From Fuerstiella sp. (GTDB lineage Bacteria; Planctomycetota; Planctomycetia; Planctomycetales; Planctomycetaceae): a stretch of DNA of 64,000 nucleotides. Made by a program: the position numbers and the translations under genes. The DNA lies in NCBI GenBank assembly GCA_024230215.1, contig JAAERP010000192.1, forward strand, positions 1-64,000, written 5' to 3'. The notes under the pieces were generated by a model. The model was given only the letters and a program-made list of their open reading frames with translations, searched no databases and was not told where the DNA came from. Position 1 is the first letter of the stretch. The number at the start of each line of letters is the position of its first letter. Of this stretch, positions 20,451 to 30,471 are shown piece after piece.

Positions 20451-23400
20451 ATGCCTGAAACCACCGAAAACCAGCCGGATGACACCGCACCGTCGGTGGG
20501 ACTTGAGAGTAGCACGTACGAAATCATTCGTAGTCGGCTGCTGACAGGTGGCAAGGAACTGCGGTCGCGGCTGGATCAACTCAACGACGCGCGAAAGCAG
20601 GTGTTCGGTTCCATCGACACCACGTTGTTAAGCACGGAACGTATTACCACCGCGCATAACTGCATCGCTCGCGATATGGTGGCCATCGGTAACCGAGTCC
20701 TGCTCGGCTACAACGTGCATTTTGGCCTGAAATCGGAAACTGACATCAGTGACGTTTTCGCCGTCTACAATTTCAACGAGGCAAATTCACCGCTCTCGGC
20801 GGCAGAACCCATCTCGGCAATCTCCGCAGATACCACGCCCACGCCCGCCGGGGCTCCCGGCTTTGAACGTGATTTCAAGGAACTGTTTCGGTATTACAAG
20901 AACGCTGTTTTTGCGAAGTTCGCTCGGCGAGGCCCGCATCTGTTCATGGTTTTTCGAGTCGGTAAGTCAGTCGGCGAGATTAAGGTCTTCAAGTGGCTGA
21001 TTGAAGGCAGTGGATCCGGCGACGATACAGGACTGCGATACGTAGACAATCGCAGTGACCACGAATTCCGCTTTCCACCACAGCATGACTTTGAGTGGAT
21101 CCGAACGACACGCGACGACCATCATTACGGTAGTCACCCACACGTTTCGATCAAGGATCGTGTATTCGTCGAAACCGTCGGCGGCGATCTGACCATCAAG
21201 ATCGAGAACAACACCGCCAGCGGCGAAGGCATCTACGCAGAACCCGTCGCAGACGCGGACCAGACGCTGGATGATGCCGAAATCTATTACGCCATCATCG
21301 GCAATATCATTCTGTTGAAGATGAGGCCATACCAGGAAAAGGAATTCCGCTACATCCTGTACAACGAAAAGTTGCAACGGGCGATGCGACTGGATTCGAT
21401 TCGCGATGCGTGTGTCATGCTGCCGGATGATCACGGCCTGATCTTCCCCAACGGCTACTACCTGCAGGACGGCGAATACAAGACGTTTGAACACAAACTG
21501 GCCGACATGCTGTTCGAACGCACCATCATGGCGCCGAACGGCGAAGACTATCTGTACATCTTCTACAACCGCGATTCCGGAACCTACGTGCTGTTGCACT
21601 ACAACCTGATCGAACAGAAGGTCGACACACCACTGATCTGCAACGGTTTTACCTTCTTCGAAGCAGGCGAGCTACTGTGTTTCAAGTCACAGCGAGACGC
21701 TCAGAAGCGACACGCCATTCAGGTATGGCAGACACCGTATGTCGGCGAGGACCACGTTCCACACACGCAGAACGATTCGTTCCTTAACAAAATCGGCAAT
21801 AAGGACATTGTTCGAGGCATGGCGGAATGCCATGAAGTCCTGAACCTGATCAACAAGGAAGACACATACGCGAATTTGTACAGCGATCTGGTAAAGCAAA
21901 GCGGCGAGATCGTGAATTCACACTTCTGGCTGAACCGCGAAGACACGTTCAACCTTGCCGAAACTCTGGGTGAAGTCAAAGCTGCCGCCTCTGCCGCCGT
22001 AGACGAATTTGACAAAGTTGTCCGAGTCAAAAAGAACACTGCTGCTGAAACCAGTGCGACTGTAAATCGCACAAAGGAAATCCTTGCACAGGTAAAGCAC
22101 CGTCGTTTCGAACACATTAACGATTTTGTCAGTTCGCTGAGCGACCTGCGAGCTGTTCGCGGCAACATCATTTCTCTACGGGATCTGCGTTACGTCGATA
22201 CCAATTTGATCGCCGATCTGGAACAGGACGTCGCCGAGCACACTGATCGCCTGTCGCGCACATGCGTGACCTTTTTGCTGCGACCGGCTTCACTGGAGCC
22301 GTACGAACAGAAGGTCCGCGACGAACAGGCCGGGATCGAACATCTGACGAAAGTCACCGATGCAAGAGCGTTGGAAGAGGATATCGCCAGGAGTGCAGCC
22401 GAGCTGGAAATGCTGATTGAAATCGTCAGTAACCTGAAGATCGAAGACGCGACTCAACGCACTGCGATCATCGACAACATTTCCGGGATTTTCGCGACCG
22501 TCAATCAGGCTCGCGCGATTCTGAAGAAGAAACTACGTGAACTGGCATCAGTCGAAGGGATCGCCGAATTCAATTCGCAGATGAAGTTGCTGAATCAGGC
22601 CGTCGTCAACTACCTGGATATCTGTGACGATCCGGAAAAGTGTGAACAGTTCCTCACAAAGATGATGATCCAGCTGGAAGAACTCGAAGGCCGCTTTGCC
22701 GAGTTCGATGAGTTCATCCTGCAGTTGGCGGACAAACGCGAAGAAGTCTACAACGCCTTCGAAAACCGCAAGCTCGCGTTGGTGGAAGCTCGCAACAAGC
22801 GAGCGAACTCACTAATGAGCGCGGCAGAACGAGTGCTGAAGGGCATTCAGACGCGGGCTCAGAGTTTCGAAACGGTCAACGATATCAATGGCTACTTTGC
22901 GTCGGATCTGATGATCGAAAAGGTCCGCGACATCGTCGAGAACCTGAAGGAGCTCGACGACAGCGTCAAAGTCGACGACATCCAGAGTCGTCTGAAGACG
23001 ATCCGTGAGGATGCTGTTCGCCAGCTGAAAGACCGACAGGAACTGTTCGTCGACGGCGAAAATACCATTCGTCTTGGTTCACACCTGTTCTCTGTGAATA
23101 CTCAGGTGCTGGATCTGACGACTGTGATGCACAGCGATGAGTTGTGCCTGCACCTTACCGGAACCAACTTCTTTGAACCGATTCACGATGAACGCCTGCT
23201 GACAACTCGCGCCGTGTGGGATCAGGAAGTCGTTTCCGAGAATCGCAGCGTTTATCGTGGGGAGTATCTGGCCTGGAAGATTCTGCAGGCTGTCTCGTGT
23301 GCCGGTGCTCCCGTGCAGGGCGAAACAGCGCTGGCGGAGCCAGCGGCACACGGCGACGATGCAGCAGCGACTCCTGCCATGGCCCGGTTACTGGAGTTTT

Positions 23401-26063
23401 CGGAAGCGGAACTCCTCAGCTTCGTGCAGCGTTTTATGGGGCCTCGTTACGGTGAAGCGTACACCAAGGGTGTGCACGACGTGGACGCTGCCAACATACT
23501 TCGTGCACTGTGCGGCATGCACCAGACAATCGGCCTGTTGCGATTTGATACTCAAAGTCGTGCATTGGCATTGTTGTGCTGGAAAATCTTCGCAGACAGG
23601 AAGACGAAGACGACAGTGGCGTCTCGCATGGCGGGGGCTGGTGCCATCGCGACCGTATTTCGTGAAGTGGCCGGACGGACGGGATACGTCGCCGAGCTGC
23701 AGGAACTGTTGGCAAAGGTAGCAACAGGGCGAGAGGGGGGGGAGTCTTTTTCGGAAGGTCGTTTACCCGGTAACCAGGACGAAACTCCGAAAAAAACTCC
23801 CGACCCTGTTTGTAGAACCGCTGCCGAATACCTGTTCTGCGAACTGTCCGGCGATGCCGCCTTCGCTGTCAGCAGCGTAGCTGTCGGGCTGGCGAAGGAT
23901 TTTCGCCGGCATCTGAAGTCCAACGGCTTCACCGAAGCCTTCGACAAATCCGTTGAAGCTGTGGGTAAAGACAAAGCGAACTGTTTTGTGCTGCTGAAGA
24001 ACTGGGTGCAGGCCTTCCTGGCCACGAAAAACGACCCGGTTCACGACGACTACGCCGACGAGGTGGCGGTAAGCCTGATGCCGACATGGCCAGGAAAGAA
24101 GCGTGTCATCGAAGCTGCCGTAGACGCTGAGCTAACCGGAATTGTTGGCAGTCACAGCGTGATTGACGGCGGCAGCTATCACTTGAATTACAACCGCTTC
24201 ACCCAGCGGCTGACCGAGTTCGATGCCACCGCTGTTCCACGTTTTAACGACTACGTTGCGTTAAAGCACGAAGCCGTCGAGCACGCTCGCGAAGCCATGC
24301 GACTGGACGAATTTCGTCCGCGAGTTCTTACGTCGTTCGTCCGCAACAAACTGCTGAATGAGGTCTACCTGCCGCTGATCGGCGACAACCTTGCCAAGCA
24401 GATCGGCGTGACGGGTGAAGGCAAACGTACTGACCTGATGGGCCTGTTGCTGCTGGTGTCACCGCCAGGTTACGGCAAGACCACACTGATGGAATATATT
24501 GCCAATCGACTCGGCCTGATTTTTATGAAGATCAACGGCCCGGCGCTGGGGCATCACGTCACATCGCTGGATCCGTCCGAAGCGACCAACGCGGGTGCTC
24601 GCGAAGAAGTGGAAAAGCTGAATCTCGCTCTAGAAATGGGCGACAACGTCATGATCTACCTGGACGACATTCAGCATACCAACCCGGAATTCCTGCAGAA
24701 ATTTATCTCGCTGTGCGACGCTCAACGCAAGGTTGAAGGTGTGTACAAAGGCAGGACCAGGACTTACGACCTTCGCGGCCGTAAAGTTTCCGTGGTGATG
24801 GCTGGTAATCCGTACACGGAAAGTGGTGAGAAGTTCCAGATTCCGGACATGCTGTCCAACCGTGCCGACATCTACAATCTTGGCGAAATTATCGGAGAAT
24901 CCAGCGACGCGTTCGAAATGAGTTACCTGGAGAACGCGCTGACGTCGAACCCCGTGCTCGCGAAACTGGCCAGTCGCAGTCAGCAGGATGTATATGCGAT
25001 CATCAGAATGGCAAACGATGAACCGCGCGACGGTATTGAACTGGAAGGCAACTACTCGCTGGAAGAAATCAGTGAATTGGTCAGCACGATGCGGAAGCTG
25101 ATGCGGGTGCGCGATGTGATTCTGACCGTCAACAGGGAATACATCCGATCGGCTGCTCAAAGCGACGATTACCGAACCGAACCATCCTTCAAATTGCAGG
25201 GTTCGTACCGCAACATGAATCGCATCGCCGAAAAGGTTGTGTCGATCATGAACGATGACGAACTGACTTCGCTGATCGTGTCCAACTACGAAAACGATGC
25301 TCAGACGCTGACGTCCGGTACTGAAGCCAACCTGTTGAAATTCAAGGAATTGACCGGTCTATTGACGAATGTGGAAGCTGAACGATGGGACGACATCAAA
25401 CGAACCTTCCGACAGAACGTCAAACTCAAAGGCATCAGCAGCGACGACAGGACCGGCCAGGTGATTGCCACGCTTGGCAACCTCAGCGACGGTCTTGATG
25501 CCATTCGCAAAGCGATGACGGCGGGCGTGAGCCAGCTGACGGATCAACGAAGCGAAGCACAGATAGAGCCGGTGGAGGACACAGGAGTTGCTGAAAACGA
25601 AGTGCTTGCCCAGCTCATTACGGAAGAACTGTCCGGTCTGAAATCCGGTCTGGCTGATATCAATGCGTCATTGTCGGATGGGGTCAAATGGGGCCGGGAG
25701 TCTTTTTCAGCTCCGCCAACACGTATCCATGAAGTGGAGACTCAGAAAAAGACTCCCAGCCCGGTTCTACCCACCGTAACGCCCGGGGATTCCCTTGCTT
25801 CGGACAGTCCAGCCACGACCACCGGGGTGGACGAACAGTCGCAGGAGGCGCTTCCTCACAAAATCACGGTCGTCAATAAGATCCCACCCACAGTCGTTGG
25901 TGTCTTGAAGCAGCAGTTCAAGCTGATGAATGCCTGGATGGAGCCAATCCACAGTGCCACGCAGGCCCAGCGAAAGGAAACGCGAAAACTGGCCAAACAG
26001 CTGCAGGAATGTATGAATCAGTACGAAGAACTGATCAACCGCATTGAGAATCAGGGGGACTGA
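20451..26063 (+). CDS. Giant (1870 aa) multidomain protein with a C-proximal AAA+ P-loop ATPase module; function unknown
   Basis: Uninterrupted ORF. Walker A LLLVSPPGYGKTTL (about aa 1335), Walker B VMIYLDDIQH, sensor-1-like VVMAGNP. A beta-rich N-terminal region of about 450 aa and about 600 aa of predicted coiled coil precede the ATPase. Co-directional with the NfeD/flotillin pair. Confidence 0.85.
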   Translation: MPETTENQPDDTAPSVGLESSTYEIIRSRLLTGGKELRSRLDQLNDARKQVFGSIDTTLLSTERITTAHNCIARDMVAIGNRVLLGYNVHFGLKSETDISDVFAVYNFNEANSPLSAAEPISAISADTTPTPAGAPGFERDFKELFRYYKNAVFAKFARRGPHLFMVFRVGKSVGEIKVFKWLIEGSGSGDDTGLRYVDNRSDHEFRFPPQHDFEWIRTTRDDHHYGSHPHVSIKDRVFVETVGGDLTIKIENNTASGEGIYAEPVADADQTLDDAEIYYAIIGNIILLKMRPYQEKEFRYILYNEKLQRAMRLDSIRDACVMLPDDHGLIFPNGYYLQDGEYKTFEHKLADMLFERTIMAPNGEDYLYIFYNRDSGTYVLLHYNLIEQKVDTPLICNGFTFFEAGELLCFKSQRDAQKRHAIQVWQTPYVGEDHVPHTQNDSFLNKIGNKDIVRGMAECHEVLNLINKEDTYANLYSDLVKQSGEIVNSHFWLNREDTFNLAETLGEVKAAASAAVDEFDKVVRVKKNTAAETSATVNRTKEILAQVKHRRFEHINDFVSSLSDLRAVRGNIISLRDLRYVDTNLIADLEQDVAEHTDRLSRTCVTFLLRPASLEPYEQKVRDEQAGIEHLTKVTDARALEEDIARSAAELEMLIEIVSNLKIEDATQRTAIIDNISGIFATVNQARAILKKKLRELASVEGIAEFNSQMKLLNQAVVNYLDICDDPEKCEQFLTKMMIQLEELEGRFAEFDEFILQLADKREEVYNAFENRKLALVEARNKRANSLMSAAERVLKGIQTRAQSFETVNDINGYFASDLMIEKVRDIVENLKELDDSVKVDDIQSRLKTIREDAVRQLKDRQELFVDGENTIRLGSHLFSVNTQVLDLTTVMHSDELCLHLTGTNFFEPIHDERLLTTRAVWDQEVVSENRSVYRGEYLAWKILQAVSCAGAPVQGETALAEPAAHGDDAAATPAMARLLEFSEAELLSFVQRFMGPRYGEAYTKGVHDVDAANILRALCGMHQTIGLLRFDTQSRALALLCWKIFADRKTKTTVASRMAGAGAIATVFREVAGRTGYVAELQELLAKVATGREGGESFSEGRLPGNQDETPKKTPDPVCRTAAEYLFCELSGDAAFAVSSVAVGLAKDFRRHLKSNGFTEAFDKSVEAVGKDKANCFVLLKNWVQAFLATKNDPVHDDYADEVAVSLMPTWPGKKRVIEAAVDAELTGIVGSHSVIDGGSYHLNYNRFTQRLTEFDATAVPRFNDYVALKHEAVEHAREAMRLDEFRPRVLTSFVRNKLLNEVYLPLIGDNLAKQIGVTGEGKRTDLMGLLLLVSPPGYGKTTLMEYIANRLGLIFMKINGPALGHHVTSLDPSEATNAGAREEVEKLNLALEMGDNVMIYLDDIQHTNPEFLQKFISLCDAQRKVEGVYKGRTRTYDLRGRKVSVVMAGNPYTESGEKFQIPDMLSNRADIYNLGEIIGESSDAFEMSYLENALTSNPVLAKLASRSQQDVYAIIRMANDEPRDGIELEGNYSLEEISELVSTMRKLMRVRDVILTVNREYIRSAAQSDDYRTEPSFKLQGSYRNMNRIAEKVVSIMNDDELTSLIVSNYENDAQTLTSGTEANLLKFKELTGLLTNVEAERWDDIKRTFRQNVKLKGISSDDRTGQVIATLGNLSDGLDAIRKAMTAGVSQLTDQRSEAQIEPVEDTGVAENEVLAQLITEELSGLKSGLADINASLSDGVKWGRESFSAPPTRIHEVETQKKTPSPVLPTVTPGDSLASDSPATTTGVDEQSQEALPHKITVVNKIPPTVVGVLKQQFKLMNAWMEPIHSATQAQRKETRKLAKQLQECMNQYEELINRIENQGD

Positions 26064-26136
26064 TCAGTTCACCAATGTTGAGCCGATTCCCCCAACTGAC
26101 ACCGCGAAGGAAAACACGGGCCCGGTAGAACCGGGG

Positions 26137-27570
26137 CTATGGAATCTTCTTCAGTAAGGCCTGAAATGCTCCGTCGCTGGGCTGGCCCGGCAGCTGCAGG
26201 TGTTGCGATACCAGGGTTAACCCCGGAACCTGTTTGGTGATGCTTTCCACCAGCTGAGCCGTTTCTTCCGGTTCGATGCTGCATGTTGAGTAGACGATGC
26301 GTCCGCCAGGTTTCACGTGGTCGAAGGCCGTCAGCAGTAGTCGAGTCTGTAGCTGGACCAGTTCATTCACTTCATCTTCCTTGAACCGCCAGCGAGCTTC
26401 CGGTCGCCGCGAGAGCACGCCTGTGTTTGAACAGGGAACGTCGACAAGAACGGCGTCGTAATCCGCATCGGGAATATCGGTGCCGTCACGCTGAATCAAC
26501 ACGGGAGTTGCACTGGTCAGTTTTAAACGCTCAATACTGTCCTCCACGCGCAGCAATCTGCTTTCGGAAACATCACAGGCTGTGATCTGCGCCGTGTCTC
26601 CGCTGAGTTCCGCCAGGTGCGTTGTCTTGCCTCCGGGAGCAGCGCACAGATCAAGAAGTTTTTCACCAGGCTGAGGTGCCAGCAGTTCCGCCGGCAGCAT
26701 CGCGGAATCATCCTGAACAGACCACCAGCCCTCGGCGTATCCGGGAAGAGACGTCAGTCGCGACGCATGCTCCAGTTTCAGTGCCCAGTCATTCTCTCCG
26801 GGCGTAACATCGACGCCATGTTCCTGCAATGCGTCCTGTACCTTGCCAACAGTGGCTCTCAGGCGATTCACACGCAGCGTAATCTGCGGCACCTTCAAAC
26901 TGTGGTAGCAGGATTTCGTCAGATCAAAACGCGACATTCGTGCGCACCAGCGCCGTGCCAGTGATCGCGGCAATGAAAACGCTCGGCCGATGTACTCAGG
27001 CAGGTCGTTGATTGGGTCCGGCAGAATTGATTGGTTCAGCCTGCGATATAAACCGTCCTCTGCTGGCAGTGCATCACCGGCGAAATCTTCGGCGGCGTCG
27101 GTCGACAACAGCCGTGCAACGTTCCGCAGGACTCCGTTGACAAAGCTGCACCAGCGTTCACGGCCTACACGTTTGGCCAGTTCCACCGTGGTGTCGACGG
27201 CTGCATGTTCGGGGGTCCGTGAGTACACGACCTGCCACGTTCCCAGCTGCAGCAGGCGCCAGAGATCCGGTTCGACGTTGGATCGTGGCCGGGAAATCTG
27301 TGATTCCAGAAGCGTGTCCAGAGCACGGCGACGACGCACGACCCCGGACGCCACGTCCACGGCAAGTCCCCGCTCCTGCGACGAAAGTGAATGGCGGGAA
27401 TCTGCCTGGCTCAGGATCTCTGACAGAAATCGACCTGTGTCGTCATAATTCTGCAGAGCGTACCACGCCAGCATTCGACCGTTGTCAAAGTGATCGATGA
27501 TCAGCGTTTCGCCGGTGTCCAGTGTGGCTTTCTTCCAGGGGCTCTTCTGTTTGTGCCTTCGACCGTTCAC
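26137..27570 (-). CDS. rsmB: 16S rRNA (cytosine967-C5)-methyltransferase RsmB/Sun
   Basis: N-terminal NusB-like domain. SAM-MTase motifs LLDLCAAPGGKTTHL, DAVLVDVPCSNTGV, GGRIVYSTCS (catalytic Cys). Confidence 0.85.
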   Translation of the reverse strand: MNGRRHKQKSPWKKATLDTGETLIIDHFDNGRMLAWYALQNYDDTGRFLSEILSQADSRHSLSSQERGLAVDVASGVVRRRRALDTLLESQISRPRSNVEPDLWRLLQLGTWQVVYSRTPEHAAVDTTVELAKRVGRERWCSFVNGVLRNVARLLSTDAAEDFAGDALPAEDGLYRRLNQSILPDPINDLPEYIGRAFSLPRSLARRWCARMSRFDLTKSCYHSLKVPQITLRVNRLRATVGKVQDALQEHGVDVTPGENDWALKLEHASRLTSLPGYAEGWWSVQDDSAMLPAELLAPQPGEKLLDLCAAPGGKTTHLAELSGDTAQITACDVSESRLLRVEDSIERLKLTSATPVLIQRDGTDIPDADYDAVLVDVPCSNTGVLSRRPEARWRFKEDEVNELVQLQTRLLLTAFDHVKPGGRIVYSTCSIEPEETAQLVESITKQVPGLTLVSQHLQLPGQPSDGAFQALLKKIP

Positions 27571-27751
27571 TCAGTTTCCAATCATGGTGACTAGTGCTTT
27601 GTCAGAACCAGGGCTTCCAGCCATGTTTCGCCGTTATATGAATTGTGCTGGATACGCGCCACGCAACGTACAGCCCCGACCACGCAACTTCCAATACTCT
27701 CGGTGGGCTTCGTTAAAGAAACCCACTATTCTCCCGTAAACAGTTTCCTTA

Positions 27752-30157
27752 TTGCCGCGGACGATACTGGCTCGTGGAAGTACCGAAACTGCGATTGAAC
27801 AGGGTTCTTCGCGGCCACAAGTCAGCGTGAAACGCTGTAATCTTCCACAACGACCATTTACCTGCGACTGTTCCGTGACCGATCAACAGGGACTCTTCGA
27901 TTTTGCTGACCTGCCGGAATGGGAACAGGCTGCCGCTGAAGATGTGCTGGTCGCGGAGGTCGTGTTTAACCTGCCGTTGGAAAAACCGTACACGTACAGC
28001 ATTCCGGACGAATTCCGTGAGCTGTTAAAAACGGGAATGCGGGTCAAAGCGCCACTGGGGCGGGGCAATCGTCGGGTCATTGGCTATTGCGTGAAAGTTC
28101 GGCAGGCCGAGAGTGCGGTCCGGCGCCTTAAGCCCATCGAAGAGGTTCTGGATAACGAGCCGCTGCTGGACGACCTGATGCTGCAGCTGACGCACTGGAT
28201 TGCGGAACGATACCTGTGCGGCTGGGGGCAAGTGCTGGAGAGTGTGATTCCTGCAGGTGTTCGGCGCAAGAGCGGTACACGGCTGGTGCAGTCATTCGTT
28301 CTGGCCGAAACTGCAGATGAGCTGATGGTCTCGGTGAAGTTACCCGCCAAACAGCAGGCGGTCGTCGATGTGCTGAGGAAGACGACGGAACCTGTTGCGG
28401 CCGTCCGTCTGTGCGAACTGGCCGATTGCGGGCCCGGACCAATCAACTCGCTCAGAAAAAAAGGCATCATATCGGCTCTTCGCATTCGTTCCGAAGTTTC
28501 CGGGGAACTGATGGGAGCATCTGACCCTACTGAAGATCTGATTCTCAACGAACAGCAACAGCAGACTCTGAACGCCACCATTGCCGCGCTACAATCGGGT
28601 GAACACAGCACAATGCTGTTGCACGGAGCCACCGGCAGCGGGAAGACAGAAGTTTATATCAGGGCGATTCGTGAGGTTGTCAGTTATGGTCGGCAGGCGA
28701 TCGTGCTGGTGCCGGAAATCAGTCTGACACCGCAGACGATTCGGCGGTTTCGCAGCCGGTTCAAATCGCTCGCCGTGTTACACAGCCACATGACCGACTC
28801 GGAACGACACTGGCAGTGGCAGCAGATTGCTCGTGGAGCTGTCGAAGTTATCGTGGGTGCGCGAAGTGCTGTTTTCGCACCGACACCGAATCTTGGCCTG
28901 ATTGTTATTGACGAAGAGCACGAGCCAACTTTCAAACAGGACTCGATGCCGCGGTATCACGCTCGTGAAGTCGCCCGTTACCGCTGTCGCCAGGAAGAAG
29001 TCCCTCTGCTGCTGGGTTCGGCGACTCCGACGTTGGAATCGTGGCTGCGAGCCACTCGCCGACAGGACGTACTGTTGTCGATGCCCGATCGAGTCAACAA
29101 TCTGCCGTTGCCGCCCGTGGTTATTGTGGACACCCGCAACGACCCGCAAATATCCAAAGGCGCTTCCATCGGTCGAGCTTTGCGGACGTCCATCGACCGG
29201 GCGTTGAAAGACAAGGGCCAGGTGATTCTGTTTCTGAATCTTCGAGGTTACTCACCCACGGTCTGGTGCCGCAGTTGCGGGACAGGCGTAAAATGTCCGG
29301 ACTGCGACATTACACTGACGTGGCACCGTGATCGCCAGGAAGCCGTCTGCCACAGTTGCGACTACAGCATTCCTGCTCCTGAAAAATGCCCTACGTGTGA
29401 AAGCGCCGCGGTCCGGTACTTTGGCACGGGCACTCAGAAGCTGGAAGAAGAGGTGGCAGCCGCATTTCCGAAAGCCTCAGTGCTGCGCATGGACAGTGAT
29501 TCGATGCGCAAGCCCGGCAGTCACGATATAGCGCTGGAAAAATTCCGGCATGGTGACGTGGACATCCTGCTGGGGACTCAGATGATCGCGAAGGGGCTTG
29601 ATTTTCCAAACGTGACACTTGTCGGTGTGATTGATGCGGACAGCATGCTGAATCAGCCGGACATGCGAGCTGCCGAAAGAACGTTTCAGCTGATCGCGCA
29701 GGTCGCCGGTCGCACCGGCCGCAGCGCGCGAGGTGGGCGCGTTCTGGTACAGACGACCAGTCCTGATGACCCGTCGGTGACGTACGCTTCAAAGCACGAC
29801 TATCTTGGCTTTGCCAGGCACGAACTGCATCAGCGCAAGGACACCGGCGCACCTCCGTTCACTGCCGTCACGCGAGTTATCTTTCGCGGTCTGAGCGAAC
29901 CGCAGGTCTGCGACACTGCTCGGACCGTCGCTGACAAGCTTCGTGCCGCCGCAAAGAAGATGGATCCCGACGCTCGAATTCTGGGGGCTGCTCCGGCCCC
30001 AATCACGCGTCTGCGCGGATACTACCGCTTTCACCTGCAGATCGCTGCCCCGAGTCATGAACAGGTCAAACTGCTCTGGCAGCGCGTCGAAGACAAACTG
30101 ACGCTGCCCGACGGAGTGGAAATGGCTGTGGATGTGGATCCCATCAATTCGCGGTAA
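27752..30157 (+). CDS. priA: Primosomal protein N' (replication restart helicase PriA)
   Basis: Walker A LLHGATGSGKTEVY, DEAH-like VIDEEHE, Cys4 zinc-binding CRSCG...CPDC...CHSCD...CPTC, and the C-terminal helicase domain. The listed start is a TTG. An in-frame GTG at 27944 (MLVAEVVFNLPL) is a plausible alternative start. Confidence 0.85.
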   Translation: MPRTILARGSTETAIEQGSSRPQVSVKRCNLPQRPFTCDCSVTDQQGLFDFADLPEWEQAAAEDVLVAEVVFNLPLEKPYTYSIPDEFRELLKTGMRVKAPLGRGNRRVIGYCVKVRQAESAVRRLKPIEEVLDNEPLLDDLMLQLTHWIAERYLCGWGQVLESVIPAGVRRKSGTRLVQSFVLAETADELMVSVKLPAKQQAVVDVLRKTTEPVAAVRLCELADCGPGPINSLRKKGIISALRIRSEVSGELMGASDPTEDLILNEQQQQTLNATIAALQSGEHSTMLLHGATGSGKTEVYIRAIREVVSYGRQAIVLVPEISLTPQTIRRFRSRFKSLAVLHSHMTDSERHWQWQQIARGAVEVIVGARSAVFAPTPNLGLIVIDEEHEPTFKQDSMPRYHAREVARYRCRQEEVPLLLGSATPTLESWLRATRRQDVLLSMPDRVNNLPLPPVVIVDTRNDPQISKGASIGRALRTSIDRALKDKGQVILFLNLRGYSPTVWCRSCGTGVKCPDCDITLTWHRDRQEAVCHSCDYSIPAPEKCPTCESAAVRYFGTGTQKLEEEVAAAFPKASVLRMDSDSMRKPGSHDIALEKFRHGDVDILLGTQMIAKGLDFPNVTLVGVIDADSMLNQPDMRAAERTFQLIAQVAGRTGRSARGGRVLVQTTSPDDPSVTYASKHDYLGFARHELHQRKDTGAPPFTAVTRVIFRGLSEPQVCDTARTVADKLRAAAKKMDPDARILGAAPAPITRLRGYYRFHLQIAAPSHEQVKLLWQRVEDKLTLPDGVEMAVDVDPINSR

Positions 30158-30471
30158 GCCAGAACGACCGGCCGCCATACAAGCCCGCGGCGCAAGCGTC
30201 CATGAGGATCTCGTGCGTTTGAAAGACACACTTGCTTGCGCTGCGAGCTTGTATGGAAAACACAAGACCTCATGAATACTCACCTTCAGAGCGTGGAGTT
30301 TGCAGTCGAGAAGAAGCAGAGACTGCCGTCATCGCGGGTCTGGTCTTCGGCTCAACGTCAAACTCCCACACCGGCGCGCAAAAACACGCGGCAAGGGAAC
30401 CCCCTCGCCGCGCGGTTTACTTCCACCGGAATCCTCCATGCATGCCCCAAGTCAACCGCCGAAGGCGGTGG

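Noticed and set aside
20967-25160. Multiple 60-210-aa minus-strand ORFs inside the giant ATPase gene (for example 20967-21599, 21719-22171, 23552-24025, 24630-25160)
   Set aside because: These are typical stop-poor antisense frames of a GC-rich coding region. Composition is Arg/Val-rich, and they have no start or RBS context or protein-like motifs.
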